DNA from: a virus
Virus record (IMG/VR): IMGVR_UViG_3300048925_000129
Length of the DNA stretch: 64,000 bases
Strand: one strand, 5' to 3'
The position numbers and the translations under genes were made by a program. The notes below the pieces were generated by a model. That model was not told the origin of the DNA. It ran no database searches and worked only from the letters and a program-made list of their open reading frames with translations. Shown piece by piece: positions 1 through 7,627 of this stretch. Each line of letters opens with the position of its first letter. Positions within the stretch are counted from its first letter, which is position 1.

Positions 1-1629
1 GGCTTTCTTTAAAACGTTCTGGAAAGAGTCCCAACTTAAGGAACCATCTTCTCTAATTCTCCCTCCAACTGGAATAAATTTATCTAAAGCATAATAGGCT
101 TTTCCTGCCTTAACTTTTGATGAAGGCATGTTAGCATAGAAATTATAGAAATCTTCTCCATCTTCTTGATACTTCTTAAGTCTAATCTCTTCTGTATTTA
201 GATATTCTGCTTCATCTATTGGGTCCCACTCTGGTACGTTTTGGTACACCGAAATCTCATCTGGACTCTCAGCCATTCTTCTCATCTTTAATCCATTACC
301 CATTTCAACCTCTACACCATTAGGTTTTCCCATTCTTTTATATCCTGTTAGCCAATCTCTTTGATATCTGTTTACATTTGGTCCTAGGATGTCTACATCT
401 TTGTTGGATAGATAAACATTGTCAGCTCCAGATAGAAGATCCTCAACAGGAGTAAAGTTACTTGACTGGTTTCTGGCTTCGATAAGCATCTCTGGAGTAT
501 TGTTCCCTGTATAGGTTGCTCCTTTACTGAAAGAAGCTGGACCAAAGTCTGACCCTTTAACAAGACCCATAGATTCATCTAGAGCCCCTACTGCATCTCC
601 TTCGAGCTGTCTATAGAAAGCATCTGATTTAGGTCTGAAAGCAAATGGATTGTATTTATAAGCATTGGGAAGTTTAGCTTCTCCAAACTTATCAATGACG
701 ACCATTGCTTCGGCCTCTGTTGGAATCTTACTAAGAACTCTACCTGCTGCTCCAGTAATCTTTCCAGCATTCTCAGCTATACCAAGACCTGCATAAGTTA
801 GTGGGTCAGTTAATATGTCTTCAGCTAAAGTGGCGTTGTTTTTTCTACCAGCTATGGCATCCTCAAATTGATAGTCGTTCATGTAAGCTGACTGGACAAC
901 CTTTGCTGGAACTGCAAGAGGTGCAAGTACTCCAAGTTTATCTGCTACCTTTCTTGTTCCTCCATAATTACCATACTGGATATCATATATTAGTTTATTT
1001 CTCTCACTACTAGTAAGGTTTGGATCTTGGTTTATACTTTTAATAAGCTGCTGGTCTCCTCCTCCAAATTGATCAGACATAGTTGTATAAAGCCCTCTTC
1101 TAAAGTCTGCCCAGTACCCAGGTTCTACCCCTGAGTTTCCTGAATCCATAATGAAGTCTCTTACTTCATTTGGTAGCATTTTATTTATCCTATTAAAGTA
1201 GGCTCCCCTTTCCTCATCACTTTGTCTTGGATTATTTTTCAGATATTGATTAACCAGTTGCTGCTGCATCTCATTATCATAGTTTTGCTTATAAGAAGGA
1301 TTAACTTCCCAGAACTTATCCATACTCTGACCAAGACCTTTAGCTATTGAACCAGTCATCTCATCATCAAAGTATGGCTTCATATAATTCTCAAAACTAT
1401 TTTGTTGAGTAAGCTGCTGGTACTGTTTAAGAATATCGTGAGCTCCTTCTTGTGGATAGAAATTACCTCTTTCATCTTCTCCATAAAGAAGACCTTCTGC
1501 ATAGTAATCCTGATAGTCTGAAGAATCTGTGGCCAGAGTCTCACCTGTGCTTAGCTGCACGTATGTTTTTCCGTCCTCCCCTTGATATTGTTTTAAGACC
1601 CTGATTCCAGGTCCCTGAAATGTTGCCAT
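1..1629 (-). CDS. Large hypothetical protein, possibly virion-associated; runs off the window edge (missing from ORF track)
   Basis: Manual translation from ATG at 1629 (MATFQGPGIRVLKQYQGEDGKTYVQLS...) stays open for 543 codons to base 1; own promoter at 1651-1682. Confidence 0.85.
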   Translation of the reverse strand, partial: MATFQGPGIRVLKQYQGEDGKTYVQLSTGETLATDSSDYQDYYAEGLLYGEDERGNFYPQEGAHDILKQYQQLTQQNSFENYMKPYFDDEMTGSIAKGLGQSMDKFWEVNPSYKQNYDNEMQQQLVNQYLKNNPRQSDEERGAYFNRINKMLPNEVRDFIMDSGNSGVEPGYWADFRRGLYTTMSDQFGGGDQQLIKSINQDPNLTSSERNKLIYDIQYGNYGGTRKVADKLGVLAPLAVPAKVVQSAYMNDYQFEDAIAGRKNNATLAEDILTDPLTYAGLGIAENAGKITGAAGRVLSKIPTEAEAMVVIDKFGEAKLPNAYKYNPFAFRPKSDAFYRQLEGDAVGALDESMGLVKGSDFGPASFSKGATYTGNNTPEMLIEARNQSSNFTPVEDLLSGADNVYLSNKDVDILGPNVNRYQRDWLTGYKRMGKPNGVEVEMGNGLKMRRMAESPDEISVYQNVPEWDPIDEAEYLNTEEIRLKKYQEDGEDFYNFYANMPSSKVKAGKAYYALDKFIPVGGRIREDGSLSWDSFQNVLKKA

Positions 1630-1650
1630 GTATTATTGATTTTTATTTCA

Positions 1651-1682
1651 CAAAGATAAGAAATTATTTTGTATTGTGCAAG
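1651..1682 (-). promoter_or_regulatory. Bacteroidota sigma-A type promoter
   Basis: Minus strand CTTG-N20-TATCTTTG, matching the -33 TTTG / -7 TAnnTTTG consensus. Confidence 0.7.
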
Positions 1683-1690
1683 TATATAAT

Positions 1691-1723
1691 AAAAAATCCT
1701 ACCCAATTCATTTTAGGTAGGAT
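1691..1723 (-). terminator. Intrinsic terminator ending the tRNA island transcript
   Basis: ATCCTACC/GGTAGGAT stem followed by a T-tract on the minus strand. Confidence 0.7.
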
Positions 1724-1742
1724 CATATAGTTAATTATGAAT

Positions 1743-1892
1743 TTAAAGGGAATCAATTTCCCTGAGTTGAGATTTCATTTTAGCTCTAAATTTTTCTTTA
1801 TGGAAAGGAGCCCAAATACCTTTGTGAGGCTTACATAGTTTGCAGCCACAACCTTTCTTTCGTTTTCTTTTATTATGTCTGTTAGGTCCCAA
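1743..1892 (-). CDS. Small basic CxxC protein, 49 aa (below ORF-track cutoff)
   Basis: TTG start; MGPNRHNKRKRKKGCGCKLCKPHKGIWAPFHKEKFRAKMKSQLREIDSL; overlaps the stop of the upstream gene. Confidence 0.6.
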   Translation of the reverse strand: MGPNRHNKRKRKKGCGCKLCKPHKGIWAPFHKEKFRAKMKSQLREIDSL

Positions 1893-2340
1893 TAGGTTTT
1901 GATATTATTTTATATGCTATTTCAACTAGGTCCATGTTATGAACCATTGTTACAACATCTTGTCTTCCAGGTCTGGTATATTTTTTATACAAAGCTTTAA
2001 AAGATCTATCAACTTGAATGTTGGAGACTTTCTCTTGAATCAGCCTTTGTAAGTCTTCTTTTTTAACTAGAAGCCATTTATTTTTAGTTTCAAATGCAAA
2101 AGCATCTGCCTTACCATAAGCCCATCCCGTGTTCCCTCTTACATTTTTAAGCTCAATAAAATTAAAGAGATTTGTAGGTTGATCATCGGATCTATTTATC
2201 CTCTTCATAGCTTTAACATCAAATTTTAAACCTTGGACCTCTACATCCCAATGCTCAAACATGTCTTGCTCTCTTGTTGGATAAACTATATTGCACCCTT
2301 TAAATAAACTAGCAAACTCTTTTTCCTTTTCTACTGACAT
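1882..2340 (-). CDS. PD-(D/E)XK-like phage nuclease
   Basis: E...HWD...FDVK motif plus IELKNVRGNTGW. Confidence 0.55.
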   Translation of the reverse strand: MSVEKEKEFASLFKGCNIVYPTREQDMFEHWDVEVQGLKFDVKAMKRINRSDDQPTNLFNFIELKNVRGNTGWAYGKADAFAFETKNKWLLVKKEDLQRLIQEKVSNIQVDRSFKALYKKYTRPGRQDVVTMVHNMDLVEIAYKIISKPIGT

Positions 2341-2357
2341 CTCTTATTTATTTTTAG

Positions 2358-2432
2358 TGGTCTAGGTGGGGATTGAACCCACGTCCTTCTGTTTATGAGA
2401 CAGTTGCTTCGAACCAACCGAGCTCCTAGACC
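2358..2432 (-). tRNA. tRNA-CAT (Met or Ile2)
   Basis: GGTCTAG/CTAGACC acceptor, anticodon loop CTCATAA, T-loop TTCAATC. Confidence 0.85.
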
Positions 2433-2468
2433 TTTTAACCAGGATTAGCTAAGGAATCTTTTCTTATG

Positions 2469-2540
2469 AACCCCCACCAGGAATCGAACCTGAATCGTCT
2501 GTTTAGAAGACAGATGCTCTATCCGTTGAGCTATGAGGGC
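2469..2540 (-). tRNA. tRNA-Arg(TCT)
   Basis: TCTGT-CTTCTAA-ACAGA anticodon arm, canonical D and T loops. Confidence 0.85.
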
Positions 2541-2751
2541 AAGTTTCGGTTGTTATGCAAAGACAACCTGTAGTTTAGCTGGTTTAATCAAGAAAAACCA
2601 ATTACTCATCTCGGAGGTTTAAAAACTTCACTGTTTTAAAGATGGGGAGAGGTCGTGACTACCAAACCTTATTCCATTCTTACTACCTACATACCTCAGG
2701 GCAGTTAAGAGAAAGTGATTTAACGTTACACTTATACACGGCTCTGCATTG

Positions 2752-2823
2752 TCCCGATACTAGGAATCGAACCTAGATTTCAACTTTATGAGAGTTGTGT
2801 AATAGCCACTATACCATATCGGA
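2752..2823 (-). tRNA. tRNA-CAT (Met or Ile2)
   Basis: CAACT-CTCATAA-AGTTG anticodon arm, CTAGG-TTCGATT-CCTAG T arm. Confidence 0.9.
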
Positions 2824-3014
2824 AGTTGAGGGCGTTAAGTTAATCAGACTAATACCCTCTTTTAATTTCTTGCTTCCATTTTTTAGGGAAAAGGAAGCAC
2901 CCTGCAACCAAACCTAAGTTTTTTGAACACAAAAACTCATAAAGTACCTCGTATGCCCAGTGTTATTTAACCTTACACACCTCACTCCAAGGCTGAACTA
3001 TTTCAAGGGATTTG

Positions 3015-3087
3015 TAGCTCCACCAGGACTCGAACCTGGATCTTCAGCTTATGAGACTGACGAGGTAACCTATTTCTCCATGTAGCA
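3015..3087 (-). tRNA. tRNA-CAT, initiator-like
   Basis: TCAGT-CTCATAA-GCTGA arm, mismatched 1:72 pair, fMet-like TGGAG...TCGTC D region. Confidence 0.8.
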
Positions 3088-3094
3088 ATATTAG

Positions 3095-3174
3095 AGCAGA
3101 GTTGTGGAATCGAACCACTAGTCTAGACTACCTTACTCTTCACGACTAAGACCCTGCCTTCGGGTGACTCTGCT
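3095..3174 (-). ncRNA. Atypical tRNA-like element (8-bp acceptor, long variable hairpin, non-canonical anticodon loop)
   Basis: AGCAGAGT/ACTCTGCT, D arm ACCC/GGGT, T-loop TTCGATT, anticodon region CGTGAAG lacks U33. Confidence 0.55.
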
Positions 3175-3185
3175 TATAAAAACTA

Positions 3186-3434
3186 CTACTCTATAAGAGC
3201 AGTAGTTGTATTGTTTTCTTTAATAATTTTTAATGACCCTTTAAACTGGAGGCTGCCTTTAGTATGACTACTGTCAGGGGTCTCCTTTGTTGTGAAGCCG
3301 ACTCTGGAATCTAGATGATCCACATAGTAAGTTTCACCTTTACACTTCACTACCCAGGCAGGAATGCTCTGGTCCTCGTTGTGTTTCTTATTGAAGTGGA
3401 ATACTATTCTGGAGCTATTACAAATTGTCTCCAT
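3186..3434 (-). CDS. Hypothetical protein
   Basis: 82-aa ORF, translationally coupled to the upstream gene, ends TAG TAG. Confidence 0.7.
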   Translation of the reverse strand: METICNSSRIVFHFNKKHNEDQSIPAWVVKCKGETYYVDHLDSRVGFTTKETPDSSHTKGSLQFKGSLKIIKENNTTTALIE

Positions 3435-3684
3435 ACTTCTCTACAAGTTTAGTCACATAAGATTCAGAAATTTCCTTTCTCTTTGTTGTTTGTCTCTCCT
3501 TTCCTTTCAGAACCGAGTAAGCCTGGAAGAGATGTCTAAGCTCATACCTGTTAGTTTCTCTTTCCGAAACTGGATTTGTAGATGTTCTTTCTCCTGTAAA
3601 GGATTGTTTAATCTGAGGCTTAAGAGTTTTCTGTGCCTCTGATAATGTTTTTATTGCTTGTCTGATTGTTTCAAATTTTTTCAT
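3418..3684 (-). CDS. Hypothetical basic protein
   Basis: 88-aa ORF with A-rich start, directly after the PTH2-like gene. Confidence 0.7.
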   Translation of the reverse strand: MKKFETIRQAIKTLSEAQKTLKPQIKQSFTGERTSTNPVSERETNRYELRHLFQAYSVLKGKERQTTKRKEISESYVTKLVEKYGDNL

Positions 3685-3691
3685 GATAATT

Positions 3692-4042
3692 TTAATTTAA
3701 TGTTAGATTAAGATTTTTAAATAAAGACTTGTGTTGAGATCTTGAGATTGCTTCGATGGCTACTGCCGTCATTTGGTTTCCTATGTCAGGTTCCAGGAAC
3801 TTATGATACTTGATTTCCAAGTCATCCAGTTTATGGAGTATCCTTTCAATTTTGGATTCCGAAGCTTCAAGACAACACAGGTAGTTACTACCCATCTGCC
3901 ACTGCTTAAATTCATCGTTAAACTTGACTGCAAAATCAGCCAATGCATGTGCACTTTGCACAACTTTGTAACCTGGAGTTAAATCATCTCTGGTGATGAT
4001 TGTCATAAACTCGTTACCTGTCTAAATACCTGTCTTTGTCAT
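3692..4042 (-). CDS. Peptidyl-tRNA hydrolase type 2-like protein; probable start at 4042 with in-frame TAG at 4022-4024 (alternative start 4006)
   Basis: IITRDDLTPGYKVVQSAHALADF...FLEPDIGNQMTAVAI resembles phage PTH2-like proteins; upstream in-frame MTKTGI*TGNEF. Confidence 0.75.
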
Positions 4043-4061
4043 AATATAAAACTTTTGGTTG

Positions 4062-4134
4062 TTCTTTCAACGGGATTCGAACCCGTGACACACAGTTTTA
4101 GAGACTGCTGTTCTAACCACTGAACTATGAAAGA
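4062..4134 (-). tRNA. Amber suppressor tRNA (anticodon CTA)
   Basis: TCTTTCA/TGAAAGA acceptor, GCAGT-CTCTAAA-ACTGT anticodon arm, ACGGG-TTCGAAT-CCCGT T arm. Confidence 0.9.
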
Positions 4135-4140
4135 ATATTG

Positions 4141-4203
4141 CTTCGTATAAGGACTCGAACCTCACCTGCTAACTGCCGTGCTCCCAATTACACCATCACG
4201 AAA
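4141..4203 (-). pseudogene. tRNA-like element with collapsed anticodon arm
   Basis: TTCGT/ACGAA acceptor, D arm TGGTGTAATTGGGAGCAC, T arm AGG-TTCGAGT-CCT, only ~15 nt between D and T arms. Confidence 0.55.
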
Positions 4204-4296
4204 AACTTATCTCTCCCACACGGCAATGCAGTTAAAATAAGATTGATATAAGTTAAGGAGGCTTGCCGACCAACCTTATTTGCCATCAATTTTTTG

Positions 4297-4368
4297 TAGT
4301 CCATAGGGGAGTCGAACCCCTCTTCTTAGATCGAAAATCTAATGTCCTAACCGATAGACGAATGGACC
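4297..4368 (-). tRNA. tRNA-Glu(TTC)
   Basis: TTAGA-TTTTCGA-TCTAA arm, AGGGG-TTCGACT-CCCCT T arm. Confidence 0.9.
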
Positions 4369-4373
4369 AAGTA

Positions 4374-5194
4374 CAAGCTACAGGTCTTGTTAGTTAATAT
4401 TCCACACCGAGTGCCTCAACCAAGGCTTTGGGAATCGAACCCTCTTCGTCTTTTTTCCAAATAAAAATGTTTTAAACTTTGTATTTGCTGTGTGTAGCTT
4501 TATCAAATTACCGTTTGATGTTAAAATTCCAATTTTTAGCTTTGTTTAATTTGCTGTAGGTAATTTTGTCAGATTGCATACTAAACGTGTGTTTGATTAA
4601 AATTCAAGTGTTTGTTTAATTTGCTGTTAGCAATCTTTTCAGAATAGTATGTTTGAGGATTTGAACCCCTTGAACTGTTTATGAGACAATTGTTTTAACC
4701 AAATTTTTTAGATTTGCTGTAACTATTCTTATCAAGTTTCTATTGTTTTTGGACTATTGCTCTACCAACTGAGCTACTGAAATCCTAAGACTCCAGAAGG
4801 GACTCGAACCCTTGACCCACAGTGTTACATTCCTAAATTTGCTGTTAGAAACTTTATCAAAACTCATTTTTTGTTTTATACGTTGTACTAACCACTATAC
4901 TATCTCCCAAATTTTTCTAGATTAACTTTGTTGGGAGAGGAGGAGTCGAACCTCCGTCTACGGCTCTGAATGCATAACTTTGTATTTGCTGTATGAGTTT
5001 TTATATATTCAGGTTACTTGGGGACGATAAAAGGTCCCGTTAAGTTAAGATTTAAGTCATTCTAGGACTTTCCTATACAATTTTACTTCTCACATACAGG
5101 ACCCGAAGTGTAGAGATGTCTGTGCTTTTGCATTCTACAGTTTCCGTTATTTGAATCAATTATAGTTGTGTGTTGTATTTGCTGATAGTAACCT
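4374..5194 (-). ncRNA. Tandem array of 7 Y-RNA-like ncRNA units
   Basis: Units 4375-4500, 4505-4566, 4571-4636, 4641-4729, 4734-4854, 4859-5001, 5011-5194; each closed by a different 7-9 bp terminal stem with (A/U)CAGCAAAU just inside the 5' strand; adjacent to the TROVE-like gene. Confidence 0.8.
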
Positions 5195-5207
5195 TATAAT
5201 AACACTG

Positions 5208-5239
5208 CAAAGATATGAAAACTTTTTGAGATATGCAAA
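5208..5239 (-). promoter_or_regulatory. Promoter driving the ncRNA array
   Basis: TTTG-N20-TATCTTTG ending 14 nt before the first unit. Confidence 0.8.
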
Positions 5240-5276
5240 TCTTGCAGTGTTAAATTTATGTTAAAGGATTTTCACC

Positions 5277-6953
5277 TTATAGAACTTCTACTCTTTGAAT
5301 CAGTTCCTGAGACAATGCCTCTCTCACTAATTCGGCTGCTGTTTTAATCTTGGTGTTAGTCAAGAATCCTACAGTGGTAGCAGAGTACCCACTGAAGTAG
5401 AATACGTTTTGAACGTCTCCGTAAGTTTCGAACTTCTCTCCAGTCCCTCTACCATAGTATCCTGACTGTAGGTTCCAAAGAACGATTACGAAGCTATCTA
5501 CATACTCTTTAGAGAACCCAGCTCTTCTCAAAGTTTCCTTTGCAGTTTCAACGTTAGTTTTACCTAATTGGCTTGGGTTAAATTCACTATCAGATATACA
5601 TAGGATTCCCGATGGGAAATCTTGTTCTGAAACTCCACTCTGTTTCAACCTAACGAATAGGTTAATTACTGATTGGAAGTTAGTACCCCCAATGTAAGAA
5701 GAGTGATCATTCTTCCATTTGTCTACTGGAGTTTGACCTTTCCAGGTATGCATCTGAGCATCAGAGTTGAACTCGATCCATGCATTTGCAAACTTACCAG
5801 TTAAGAACTCAGAGAAGTAAAGGGCAAGTGCTTTACCAATATCGTAGCAGCTCATCTTAGTTCCAGTAGCTACACTACTCATTGAACCAGATGTATCTCT
5901 TACAACAATTAGATTAGTCTGTCCAGATTCACCACCTTTTTGAACAAGAGTAGTAAACTGCTTGTTAATGGTTTCAACTTCATTAGGAGTAACTGATCTT
6001 CTAGACTGCTTACCTAGACCTTCGAATAACTCGTGAACGAATCCAGTATACTTCACCTCCTTAGTTTCTGGAGCCTTGATCCACTCTGCATACTTGTCAG
6101 AAAGTTTCTGGTTAAATAGGAACTTACCTTGAACAAGTTTTGAAAGAGCTCTACCATGAACTTTGTTGAAGTCAATTCTATCAAATTGCTTTGTAGAGAT
6201 TAGCTTCTGCCATTCATGAGCTGTACCAGAAGTTTTTAACTTTCTGTACTGCTTGTAAGTAGAACCTGCATTTTCTTTAGTACCAAACACAAGTGAGCAG
6301 ATCCACTTTGCAATCATTGTATCAGCCTGAGCTTCTACAGTTTTACAAGATGATTTAGCCTTGATTTGTGGCAAATACTTCTTAATTAAATCACTGGTGT
6401 TTGAATTTTCTAATCCTGAAAGGATAAGTTCACCAAACTTTTTCCAGTTTAATTTTCTTCCGTTCCAACCGTGATGAACAAGGTCATAAGAAAGCATCGT
6501 GAAGATATCTTTCCATGATCCTGCTGAGATCATCAATCCTACGTTAGCCCAGAAAGTTTTTTCATCCTTGAAGTGTAACCATAAGAATCTCATGATACCT
6601 TCATGTCTTAGCTCACCTCCTTTTTGTGATTCGGCAGTCATAGTACCATCTTGATACATTGTCTGTCTTGAGATCATTCTTAAGAAGATAGAGAAAGCTA
6701 CTGCATCCCACTTATCATCTGCCCATAACATTTCGGCATCTCTGGTGATATCCTGGAAAGATCTTGGTGCTTTGAATTTACCCATAACTCCGAACTGGTC
6801 AACTAATGTTGAACCTGTTGAGGAATATTTTAGGGCTCCGTTCCCTGATAGTGTTTCTGCTCCTTTCTTTAAAGATGCATTAACGAATGCAGATGTTGCT
6901 TGTGTGTTTTTTGGAGTTACCTCGAATAAACTTTTTTGTTTGCTGTCGAACAT
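5277..6953 (-). CDS. TROVE-like/vWA protein (DUF2828 family, Ro60-related)
   Basis: N-terminal SGNGALKYSSTG..LVDQF, GSWKD, KKYLP, YRKL motifs; C-terminal vWA MIDAS DTSGS, GGTNF, ISDSEF, IVLWN. Confidence 0.8.
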   Translation of the reverse strand: MFDSKQKSLFEVTPKNTQATSAFVNASLKKGAETLSGNGALKYSSTGSTLVDQFGVMGKFKAPRSFQDITRDAEMLWADDKWDAVAFSIFLRMISRQTMYQDGTMTAESQKGGELRHEGIMRFLWLHFKDEKTFWANVGLMISAGSWKDIFTMLSYDLVHHGWNGRKLNWKKFGELILSGLENSNTSDLIKKYLPQIKAKSSCKTVEAQADTMIAKWICSLVFGTKENAGSTYKQYRKLKTSGTAHEWQKLISTKQFDRIDFNKVHGRALSKLVQGKFLFNQKLSDKYAEWIKAPETKEVKYTGFVHELFEGLGKQSRRSVTPNEVETINKQFTTLVQKGGESGQTNLIVVRDTSGSMSSVATGTKMSCYDIGKALALYFSEFLTGKFANAWIEFNSDAQMHTWKGQTPVDKWKNDHSSYIGGTNFQSVINLFVRLKQSGVSEQDFPSGILCISDSEFNPSQLGKTNVETAKETLRRAGFSKEYVDSFVIVLWNLQSGYYGRGTGEKFETYGDVQNVFYFSGYSATTVGFLTNTKIKTAAELVREALSQELIQRVEVL

Positions 6954-6982
6954 CTTATTATGATTTTTGGTTAATTTTTGAT

Positions 6983-7279
6983 TTAGTTTTTACCATTTCC
7001 CTTTTCTGGAAATTTATGAATTCTAATTGGAAGAAATCCTAATTCTTCACATAAGTTTCTTAAAACTTCTAACTTAGAATCATCTCCTTTTTCTATTTTC
7101 CCATCAAACAAAGCTTCAATTACTTCTCCATCTCCTAAGGAAATAAATCCATTTTGAATATGTCTTTCAGCTAGAAGTGAATATGCTTGAATTTTTGCCT
7201 GAAACTTTACCTGCTCTTTGTTAGCTTCTAATTGAATTCTAATTAGTTCTGCTTGTCTATAAAACTCTTGATCTGTCAT
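6983..7279 (-). CDS. Hypothetical protein (start revised to MTDQEF)
   Basis: Track start at 7309 lies inside the promoter at 7299-7330. Confidence 0.6.
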   Translation of the reverse strand: MTDQEFYRQAELIRIQLEANKEQVKFQAKIQAYSLLAERHIQNGFISLGDGEVIEALFDGKIEKGDDSKLEVLRNLCEELGFLPIRIHKFPEKGNGKN

Positions 7280-7298
7280 TTGTTTAATTATTACTTTG

Positions 7299-7330
7299 CA
7301 AAGATACAAAAAGTTTTCTTAATATGCAAA
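7299..7330 (-). promoter_or_regulatory. Bacteroidota-type promoter for the TROVE operon
   Basis: TTTG-N20-TATCTTTG. Confidence 0.75.
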
Positions 7331-7498
7331 TTTATTTTGTTAAAGTTTTGTTAAAGTTTTTCGATTATAGAGAAGACAATAAAAATTATGTTCTCAACTG
7401 GTATGTTATAAATCCATCTCATAGTATGTAAAATAAAAAATGTTGCTAATATAAGACTTCACATACTAACAACATTCAATCTACCTTCTTGTAGTTTG

Positions 7499-7570
7499 TG
7501 TGATAACGGGACTCGAACCCTGACTACCAATTTCACAGGTTGGCATGCTAACCTTTACATCATTATCACC
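7499..7570 (-). tRNA. tRNA-His(GTG)
   Basis: CCAAC-CTGTGAA-ATTGG arm, T-loop TTCGAGT. Confidence 0.85.
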
Positions 7571-7627
7571 ATATAAAGTATCTTTTATTTAAGGGGTTGA
7601 AAGATACAAAACTATCCCTAATTTTAT

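Noticed and set aside
393-1013. Short track ORFs 393-578, 588-770, 801-1013
   Set aside because: Alternative-frame or antisense shadows of the 1-1629 gene.
2545-2748. Hammerhead ribozyme (GAAAC and CTGA seen on the minus strand)
   Set aside because: The CUGAnGA core is not matched and the three-stem arrangement could not be built.
4374-5194. CRISPR array suggested by the regularly recurring ATTTGCTG motif
   Set aside because: The conserved part is only ~9 nt, unit lengths vary about 62-184 nt, flanking stems differ per unit, and no cas genes are present; a structured-RNA array fits better.
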